Origin: an uncultured virus (IMG/VR IMGVR_UViG_3300009176_000004)
Lineage: Duplodnaviria; Heunggongvirae; Uroviricota; Caudoviricetes
Reading direction: 5' to 3' (one strand)
Virus record (IMG/VR): IMGVR_UViG_3300009176_000004
DNA: 20,000 nucleotides
Part shown: positions 14,142 to 20,000 of the stretch, one piece after another
Layout: each line of letters starts with the position of its first letter
How positions within the stretch are numbered: position 1 is the first letter of the stretch
Notes under the pieces: model-generated
Databases searched by the model: none
What the model was told of the DNA's origin: nothing
The model's input: the letters and a program-made list of their open reading frames with translations, nothing else
Translations under genes and position numbers: made by a program

Positions 14142-14632
14142 AGATCATCTCCGGCGGCCAGACAGGCGCGGACCGTGCCGCTCTGGAGCTCGCGCGAGAG
14201 CACGGCCTGCCGACCGGCGGCTACGCTCCACTCGGGTTCCTAACGGAGCTGGGCCCCGATCCAAGCCTGGCGGCCTTCGGTCTCACGGAGCTCGGGTCGA
14301 AGTCCTATCCCGAGCGCACGTACCTGAACGCTCGTGACGCCGAATTGACCGTGTGGTACGGCACGCTGGGCTCCGCCGGCTACAAGTGCACCAAGAATGC
14401 CTGCCTATCTTATGGGCGTCCGTTCCTCGTGAATCCGGCGCCAGCCGCTCTGCTGGCGGAACTCCGGGCGCGAAGCGCGAAGACATTGAACGTCGCCGGT
14501 AATCGGGCGTCGCGGAACTCCGGCATCGCGGCGCACGTGCGTGAGCTACTGACGCCAGTACTCACGTCGTTGAGGAGTGCCCGAGAAAGTGCCCAAGACT
14601 TTCAAAGGGCAGAAAGCGAAGACGCCGGTTGA
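14135..14632 (+). CDS. putative molybdenum-carrier / SLOG (circularly permuted YpsA-like) family protein (165 aa)
   Basis: KIISGGQTGADRAAL...GGYAPLG...YPERTYLNARDA...LNVAGNRAS. Confidence 0.85.
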   Translation: MLKIISGGQTGADRAALELAREHGLPTGGYAPLGFLTELGPDPSLAAFGLTELGSKSYPERTYLNARDAELTVWYGTLGSAGYKCTKNACLSYGRPFLVNPAPAALLAELRARSAKTLNVAGNRASRNSGIAAHVRELLTPVLTSLRSARESAQDFQRAESEDAG

Positions 14633-14657
14633 TCGAGCGTTTCCGCTGCGCTATAAT
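14622..14657 (+). promoter_or_regulatory. sigma70-type promoter
   Basis: ACGCCGG-TTGATC-N17-TATAAT. Confidence 0.75.
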
Positions 14658-14703
14658 GAACAGAATGAAAGCTTCGCACATCGCGGAGCGAGGAGAGAGG
14701 CAA

Positions 14704-15063
14704 ATGTCAGGAAACATTCTTGACCAGATCCGGAGCCAGGTCGACGCCCTGAGCCCGGACCAGGTCCGCGAGCAGCTGGTGAAGCTGCAGGAGAAGAAGG
14801 CCAAGCAGCGCGAGCGGCAGAAGGGCAAGGAGCTCACCGCCGAGCAGCTCGACAAGCGCAAGGCGTACAACCGCGAGCGCATCCAGAAGCCGGAAGTCAA
14901 GGAGAAGATGAAGGCTTACCGGACGAAGCCCGAAGTGAAGGAGCGCATGAAGGCGTACCGGCTGAAGAGGCAGGCGCGCGACAAGGCGATCCTCGCGAAG
15001 GCGAAGGAGCTCGGGATCACGGCGGAGTCGGAAGCGCCCGATCAGCCCTCAGCGACGGCGTAG
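14704..15063 (+). CDS. Lys/Glu/Arg-rich helical protein with an internal repeat (119 aa)
   Basis: Start moved to ATG 14704 (GAGGAGAGAGG RBS); KPEVKEKMKAYR / KPEVKERMKAYR duplication. Confidence 0.8.
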   Translation: MSGNILDQIRSQVDALSPDQVREQLVKLQEKKAKQRERQKGKELTAEQLDKRKAYNRERIQKPEVKEKMKAYRTKPEVKERMKAYRLKRQARDKAILAKAKELGITAESEAPDQPSATA

Positions 15064-15094
15064 AAGCGGCGAAGCGGCGAAGATGCGATGGCGG

Positions 15095-15131
15095 AAGGGA
15101 GGGGCTTGCCTACCAGGCCCCTTTCCTTTTT
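15095..15131 (+). terminator. intrinsic terminator
   Basis: GGGAGGGGCTTG-CCTAC-CAGGCCCCTTTC stem followed by a T run. Confidence 0.7.
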
Positions 15132-15162
15132 GCTCCGCGCTCTCGGACGGAGGGATGCACGA

Positions 15163-15855
15163 ATGACGAAGAAAGCGATCGCGCTGCTCTCGGGCGGCCT
15201 GGACTCAGCGACGTTGCTCTATCAGCTCAAGTACGAAGACTACGAGCCTGTCGCCCTGAGCATTGACTACGGGCAGAAGCACCTGGTCGAGCTCGACGCG
15301 GCTGTCGGCATTGCAGCTGCCGCAGGCGTCCAGCACATGCTCATCGACCTCTCGACGGGCCTTCTGCCCGTCTTCCAATACGCCCGCTCTTCGCAGGTCA
15401 ACGAGCTCGTGGACGTGCCTCACGGCCACTATGCCGATGAGAGCATGAAGCTCACGGTCGTCCCGAACCGGAACATGCTCCTGCTCGCCGTCGCCGGAGC
15501 CCTAGCAGAGTCTCTACGTCAGCAGAAGCAGGAGATCTGGACCATCGGCTATGCTGCGCACGCGGGCGATCATCCGATCTACCCGGACTGCCGTCCCGAG
15601 TTCTACCTCTCCTGCCAGGCGACGCTGGAGAAGGCGACCGACGGGCACGTCACGCTGTATGCACCATTCGGAAAGATCAGCAAGACTGACATCGTGCGCC
15701 GCGCAATGCAATTGCACGTCCCCGTCGAACTGACATACAGCTGTTACGAGGGCGGCGAGGAGCATTGCGGCCTGTGCGGCACCTGCACAGAGCGCATAGA
15801 AGCCTTCCGCGATGCAGGCGTGCCGGACCCGACGACGTACAAGGTCGCAGTCTGA
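15163..15855 (+). CDS. queC: 7-cyano-7-deazaguanine synthase (230 aa)
   Basis: LLSGGLDS, DYGQKH..E, VPNRN, YPDCRPEF, TYSCY...HCGLCGTC.ER..AF..AGVPDPT.Y; start moved to ATG 15163 (GGAGGG RBS). Confidence 0.96.
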   Translation: MTKKAIALLSGGLDSATLLYQLKYEDYEPVALSIDYGQKHLVELDAAVGIAAAAGVQHMLIDLSTGLLPVFQYARSSQVNELVDVPHGHYADESMKLTVVPNRNMLLLAVAGALAESLRQQKQEIWTIGYAAHAGDHPIYPDCRPEFYLSCQATLEKATDGHVTLYAPFGKISKTDIVRRAMQLHVPVELTYSCYEGGEEHCGLCGTCTERIEAFRDAGVPDPTTYKVAV

Positions 15856-15962
15856 TGGAAGAACAGATCCTGAACGTCTTCACCGTAAGCGCCTTCGTCA
15901 TCGGCATACTCGTTGGCGTCATGATCACAGCACTCGTGCTCGACCGCCGGATCGGCAAATGA
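15855..15962 (+). CDS. 35-aa single-pass membrane peptide
   Basis: TGATG overlap with queC; VFTVSAFVIGILVGVMITALVL followed by RR. Confidence 0.55.
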   Translation: MEEQILNVFTVSAFVIGILVGVMITALVLDRRIGK

Positions 15963-16186
15963 CCAAGCGAAGCGTCTACTACACGGACGGCGGCACGAAC
16001 CGACGCGAGCGGCTCGAGTACTATGACGTGCACGAGGTGGAAGAGCGGCTCGCCGCCGTCGAGCAAGCTCTGCTCGCGTCCCGCCACTTCGCACGTACTA
16101 TGAAGAGCCTCACGTCCTCTGAAGCGACGGAGCGCGAGGCCGATCAGATCATCGAACTCTGTACCGACGCACTCGGGACGACATGA
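15959..16186 (+). CDS. hypothetical protein (75 aa)
   Basis: Start moved to ATG 15959; ATGA overlaps at both ends. Confidence 0.6.
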   Translation: MTKRSVYYTDGGTNRRERLEYYDVHEVEERLAAVEQALLASRHFARTMKSLTSSEATEREADQIIELCTDALGTT

Positions 16187-16689
16187 ATATCCTGCATACG
16201 CCCCATCATGAGGTCTTCGCCCAGCTCACTGGCGTAACGTCCTACCTGGAGATCGGCGTGCAGGAGGGGCAGTCTCTTGCCGCCGTCGTCAGAGCGAATC
16301 CTGGTCTCCAGCGCGTCACGCTCTGTGACGACTGGGGCAGTTCTCATGGCGGCACCGGCCGCGGTGACAACGGGCACATCGAAATACTCCTACGGCATCT
16401 CGGGTTCGTAGGAAAGGTCCGCTATCTAACTGGCCGCAGCCAGGAGCTCGTGCCGTCACTCAACGACGCCTTTGACCTTGTCCACGTCGACGGAGATCAT
16501 TCGACCGAAGGCGCTCGCTCTGACTTAGAGAACATACTCCGCGTCAGCACTCACTGGATCGTCGTCCACGACATCTTCTTCCCTGAGGTCTGGGCGGCTG
16601 TCGGCCCATGGCTCCAGCAGCATCGGGCGGAGTTTAAGGAAGCGTCAATCAGCGCCTTTGATCATGGCACTCTCGTCGTCGACTGGTAA
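16183..16689 (+). CDS. class I SAM-dependent methyltransferase (Methyltransf_24-like, 168 aa)
   Basis: YLEIGVQEGQS, GRSQELVP, FDLVHVDGDHS.EGA..D, IVVHD. Confidence 0.88.
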   Translation: MNILHTPHHEVFAQLTGVTSYLEIGVQEGQSLAAVVRANPGLQRVTLCDDWGSSHGGTGRGDNGHIEILLRHLGFVGKVRYLTGRSQELVPSLNDAFDLVHVDGDHSTEGARSDLENILRVSTHWIVVHDIFFPEVWAAVGPWLQQHRAEFKEASISAFDHGTLVVDW

Positions 16690-16691
16690 GT

Positions 16692-16727
16692 ACGTCCATT
16701 GTAATGCAGCTCAAGCTGTGATAGAAT
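16692..16727 (+). promoter_or_regulatory. repeated promoter
   Basis: ACGTCCA-TTGTAA-N17 (ending TGTGA)-TAGAAT. Confidence 0.85.
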
Positions 16728-16773
16728 AGATCTAATCACGCGCACACCGCGCGGATCCCGGAGGGACGCTACA

Positions 16774-17001
16774 ATGGCAGCGAGAAGCCGTAGAAATCAG
16801 AGACCAGTCAAGGGTGGGCGCGAGCGGGCGTATGCCGGCGTGCTCAAGGACGTGTATCGGCACGTCGAACAGGATGCGAGGCGCTTCAACGTCTCGCGCT
16901 CGTTCGTCATCGCCGTTGCCCTGGCGGAGCACTACAACGTCAAGGTAGAGTCTTACATGGAGCCCGTGCGTCGGAAGTCGCACCTGCGGAGAGTGATATG
17001 A
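16774..17001 (+). CDS. probable ribbon-helix-helix DNA-binding protein (75 aa)
   Basis: GGAGGG RBS; YRHVEQDARRFNVSRSFVIAVAL fits the RHH helices. Confidence 0.6.
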   Translation: MAARSRRNQRPVKGGRERAYAGVLKDVYRHVEQDARRFNVSRSFVIAVALAEHYNVKVESYMEPVRRKSHLRRVI

Positions 17002-17162
17002 AGCGTTGCACACGATGTAAGACATGGCGCCGTCGCCTCTCGCGCGACGGATATTGCTTTGGACCTGCGGCCGACATCTGCAAGAGGCGAGCCGCAGAGC
17101 GGCAACCGGGCTCGAGCTGGAGCAAGGAGATCGAGAAGCGTAGGCAGGCGCGCCACGCGTGA
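16998..17162 (+). CDS. small Cys-rich basic protein (54 aa, MKRCTRCKTWRR...), not in the ORF track
   Basis: Hand-translated; ATGA and GTGA overlaps; GGAGAG RBS. Confidence 0.55.
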   Translation: MKRCTRCKTWRRRLSRDGYCFGPAADICKRRAAERQPGSSWSKEIEKRRQARHA

Positions 17163-17935
17163 GTCCGGACGCCCCGCTCCGCATTACGTGGTGGGAGCAT
17201 GATCAGTTGGTCGAGCACCTCGAAGAGCGAGACGACATCTGGATGTCAGGCGACGACTTGCCGGGCCTCTGGCTTCGCTTCGACCGCTCCCGCTCGCACC
17301 TGGTCGAAGACGAACCGAAGGACGCCCTGATGATGCAGCTCGTCCCGCCGCCAGACGACGTGCATCCTTACCGTCAATACCAGATCCAGCTCCATCCGCA
17401 GGTCTGGGAGCATGACTTCTGCCAGGAGTACGTGCTCCGGCTGCTTCGCGGCTTCACGGCCTACGGGCGCCGCGAGCGCATCGTCGGCCTGTTGACGTCG
17501 CTCGGAATCCCTGACCCGGAGCTCATCGCAATCGCGATAGAGGGCTTCGACTGGCTGGAGGCGTCTCCTGCGACAGATGCAGAGGCGACTGTCCCGGAAG
17601 CACAGATGCAGATCTTCGCACAGGAGATAGAGCCCCGTCAGCTGATCGAGCTCCCGATCTCCGACCCGATGGATCTCGGAACGTACCTACTGCAAGGAAA
17701 TGTCGGTTGGCTTCGGCTGCGCCTGGCCGGCGGACAGATCAGATGCAGCGCATCCGTACGCGGAAGGAATGAAGCCGGTTGGACCACGCTCCTCGAAGGG
17801 TACGTGCGTCCGCCGAACGGACGCGTGCGCGACGCAGCCGCCACACTTGCCGGTTGGAGTGGGGTCGTAGACGCCGTCCAGAGCTTCTCTTCGCAGGAGC
17901 AGTTAGAATTGAAAGATCCAGAGGAGGCACCGTGA
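17159..17935 (+). CDS. hypothetical protein (258 aa)
   Basis: Long ORF with GTGA overlaps at both ends; no recognised motif. Confidence 0.75.
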   Translation: MSPDAPLRITWWEHDQLVEHLEERDDIWMSGDDLPGLWLRFDRSRSHLVEDEPKDALMMQLVPPPDDVHPYRQYQIQLHPQVWEHDFCQEYVLRLLRGFTAYGRRERIVGLLTSLGIPDPELIAIAIEGFDWLEASPATDAEATVPEAQMQIFAQEIEPRQLIELPISDPMDLGTYLLQGNVGWLRLRLAGGQIRCSASVRGRNEAGWTTLLEGYVRPPNGRVRDAAATLAGWSGVVDAVQSFSSQEQLELKDPEEAP

Positions 17936-18168
17936 AGAAGGTCATCGTCATCAAGAGGAAGCAGGACCACTACAGTAAGCAGGCCCGCTCGAACAAGTTC
18001 TACGTCGGCTCTCCGAAGGCGCTGAACGGCTGGGGACACACGACGCTCGAGGCAGCGGTCAAGCATGCCGAGGCGCTCGTTGCCGAGGATGAGAACGCCC
18101 ACTTCGTCGTGCAGATCGTCCGCATCGTCAGACCGCGGCCGATCGAGACGACCGTCGAGATCGTATGA
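17932..18168 (+). CDS. hypothetical protein (78 aa)
   Basis: Start moved to GTG 17932 with GAGGAGG RBS. Confidence 0.7.
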   Translation: MKKVIVIKRKQDHYSKQARSNKFYVGSPKALNGWGHTTLEAAVKHAEALVAEDENAHFVVQIVRIVRPRPIETTVEIV

Positions 18169-18362
18169 AGGTCAAGTACGTCTGGGGACCGCTCACGCAC
18201 CAGGCTATGAAGCATCATGGTCTGGAGCCACCCTCGCAGGACGAGCGCACCGGAGAGCCTGACGACTACGTCGTCGTCGGAGTCCGCGTCGGTGGCCTGG
18301 AGCCCGCCCTCGTCATCAGCTGCGAGGTCCCGCGCCTCTGGCTCAAGGAGCACCGTCCATGA
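18165..18362 (+). CDS. hypothetical protein (65 aa)
   Basis: ATGA overlaps at both ends. Confidence 0.6.
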   Translation: MKVKYVWGPLTHQAMKHHGLEPPSQDERTGEPDDYVVVGVRVGGLEPALVISCEVPRLWLKEHRP

Positions 18363-19285
18363 AAAGGCCCTTCGTCCTGAACCAGAGCGCCTTCAAGGAC
18401 TTCAACAACTGCAACCGCCTCTACGCCTGGAAGCGGTTGCAGAATCTCTCGCCCGTCGGTAGAGCTGCGGCACTTGACATCGGGACGTCGGTGCATGCCG
18501 CTCTGGCGACCTTCCACGCTGCGACGGGGAAGGACCGAAGCGTCGCGAACGCGAAAGAAGTCGCCCGGAAGAAGCTGACCGAGCTCGCAGGCGCGAAGAA
18601 GACGTTCGCCGATATGTCGCTCAGCGAGGCGCTTGACGTCGCGGAGCGGATCATACCTGCCTACGTAGCCTTCTGGGCGGGCGAGGAAGAGCTCTGGCAA
18701 CCGCTGAACCAGGAGATTAAGTTCCTGGTGGAGGTCGGCGAGGAGACGAACGTCTTCCTGAAGGGGACGGCGGACAATCTGAGCGTGAGCAAGGGTGGTC
18801 TGTATCTCGTGGACTATAAGACCGCCGGCCGCATGGACCCTCGCGACCTGCTCAAGTATGAGCTCGATGTCCAGCTGACGGCCTACGTCTACGGCCTGAC
18901 GAAACATCTCTCACTGGAGTCCATGGCGAAGGGCGGTCCGCCGGTCTTCGTACGTGGCGCGATCATCGACGTCCTCGTGAAGACGCAGATCCCGCAGTTC
19001 GCACGGGAGCTCTTCACGCGCAGCGTCGCTGAGCTCGAGGAGTTCGAGAAGGAGTGGGTCGAGATCTGCGGACGGATCAGAGATCAGGAAGATCGGGTCG
19101 CCGCGGGCGAGGACTGGAAGACCGTCTTCCCGAAGAACACGGACTCGTGCTTCAAGTACGGGCGGCCCTGCGCCTTCCGCGACCTCTGTCTCTCAGACAC
19201 CCCGACTAGGAGATTGCTCTATGATCAACGAACGCCGGACTACGTCGACGAAGCTCAGGCAGAGCTCGACGCTCGTGGTAAGTGA
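18359..19285 (+). CDS. PD-(D/E)XK exonuclease, RecB/AddB/Cas4-like (308 aa)
   Basis: FNNCNR, IGTSVH, E..F, GTADNL, LVDYKT, QLTAY, C-terminal C...CAFRDLC (four Cys, possible Fe-S cluster). Confidence 0.88.
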   Translation: MKRPFVLNQSAFKDFNNCNRLYAWKRLQNLSPVGRAAALDIGTSVHAALATFHAATGKDRSVANAKEVARKKLTELAGAKKTFADMSLSEALDVAERIIPAYVAFWAGEEELWQPLNQEIKFLVEVGEETNVFLKGTADNLSVSKGGLYLVDYKTAGRMDPRDLLKYELDVQLTAYVYGLTKHLSLESMAKGGPPVFVRGAIIDVLVKTQIPQFARELFTRSVAELEEFEKEWVEICGRIRDQEDRVAAGEDWKTVFPKNTDSCFKYGRPCAFRDLCLSDTPTRRLLYDQRTPDYVDEAQAELDARGK

Positions 19286-19413
19286 CGTTCTGACTTTGAT
19301 TGCGAGGGTCTACCGGCTCGCATTCATACGCTGGCCGGTGCAGCGTAAGGACGTATATGTTTCGCAGAGCGAGCTCCAAGATATCAAACGACGTCTTCAG
19401 TGACGTCTATGAA

Positions 19414-19450
19414 CCGCCCGTTGAAATCAATCAACGATCTGAGGTATAAT
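19414..19450 (+). promoter_or_regulatory. sigma70-type promoter
   Basis: CCGCCCG-TTGAAA-N18-TATAAT. Confidence 0.75.
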
Positions 19451-19487
19451 TCTTCGTTAGCTACCACAAAGGCCGGAGGGCAGACAG

Positions 19488-19688
19488 ATGAACAGAGCAG
19501 ACCTGATCAAGGAAGTGACGGACTTCATCACCACGAACATCGAGGATGCGGAGGAGGTCGACCTGGCGGAGGCCGCTGCCGCAATCGAGGACTACGTCCT
19601 GAGCCTCGAGGACGAGGAAGACGATGAGGACGAGGACGAGAACGACGACGAAGCGGAGCCGGAGGGAGAGACGGAGTCGGGCTCTTGA
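19488..19688 (+). CDS. highly acidic small protein (66 aa)
   Basis: GGAGGG RBS; 29 Asp/Glu versus 2 Lys/Arg. Confidence 0.75.
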   Translation: MNRADLIKEVTDFITTNIEDAEEVDLAEAAAAIEDYVLSLEDEEDDEDEDENDDEAEPEGETESGS

Positions 19689-20000
19689 AGTCAAGTCTCC
19701 CGAAGCTCTTTCGGACGGACATGCTCCAGGCGACCTACGGGACCGTGCTCGGTTACGGTCCTGCAGGCGCAGGGAAGACCCGTTCGATCAAGTCGCTGAA
19801 GGACGGCGGACTGAACCCGCTCGTCGTCGCGTGCGAACTCGGTGAGACGCACGGCTTGCTCTCACTGCAGGCGGAGCAGATCCCGTACGTCGTAGTCACG
19901 GGGCACAACGAGATGATCGACGTGCTCGCGGAGCTGCGACGGAAGCCGGGGAAGATCGAGTACGAGCAGAGCGAGTTCGGCTGCGTCGTCCTCGACTCCG
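19685..20000 (+). CDS. AAA_24 / Sak4-like P-loop ATPase, 5' part (runs off the window; not in the ORF track)
   Basis: Hand-translated from TTG 19685: MKSSLPKLFRTDMLQATYGTVLGYGPAGAGKT (Walker A)...FGCVVLDS (Walker B). Confidence 0.85.
   Translation, partial: MKSSLPKLFRTDMLQATYGTVLGYGPAGAGKTRSIKSLKDGGLNPLVVACELGETHGLLSLQAEQIPYVVVTGHNEMIDVLAELRRKPGKIEYEQSEFGCVVLDS

Larger units (their letters stand above)
1..20000. mobile_element. bacteriophage / prophage early and DNA-metabolism region
   Basis: Dense small ORFs with ATGA overlaps, divergent arms, repeated promoters, exonuclease plus Sak4-like ATPase, queC; no host housekeeping operon. Confidence 0.88.

Noticed and set aside
15163..15855. QueC as part of a QatABCD or CBASS type IV defence system
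   Set aside because: The sequence is canonical biosynthetic QueC, and no TatD, cyclase or TGT partner is adjacent.
18359..19285. Cas4 as part of a CRISPR-Cas locus
   Set aside because: No cas1/cas2 or array; its position beside a Sak4-like ATPase fits a phage recombination exonuclease.
19221..19403. Short ORF after the exonuclease
   Set aside because: Possible ~42-aa gene from GTG 19275, but it has no clear RBS or motif; not supported enough to list.

Overview
GC-rich bacteriophage (or prophage/viral contig) segment covering the early, host-takeover and DNA-metabolism region. No virion structural genes are recognisable. Two gene arms diverge from a non-coding hub at ~6100-7000, which carries hairpins and long G tracts. 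The left arm (minus strand, 1-6061) has about 20 mostly small ORFs, including a DNA topoisomerase IB, an HExxH zinc-metalloprotease-like protein, and DUF6011-like, YodL-like and RHH proteins. The right arm (plus strand) has small early ORFs, an AT-rich origin-like island followed by a degenerate LAGLIDADG-like protein, two tandem PEP-CTERM surface proteins separated by a structured spacer, a SLOG/MoCo-carrier-family protein, QueC, a class I SAM methyltransferase, a PD-(D/E)XK exonuclease, a very acidic small protein and a truncated AAA_24/Sak4-like ATPase. About 16 sigma70-type promoters punctuate both arms; many share a CGTCC(G/A)-like box at a fixed distance upstream of -10. Main candidates for novelty are the phage-borne PEP-CTERM pair, the repeated promoter/RBS cassettes, the phage topoisomerase IB with an HxxR motif, and the catalytically degenerate LAGLIDADG protein beside the origin-like island. 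All family assignments come from motif recognition by eye, not database searches.
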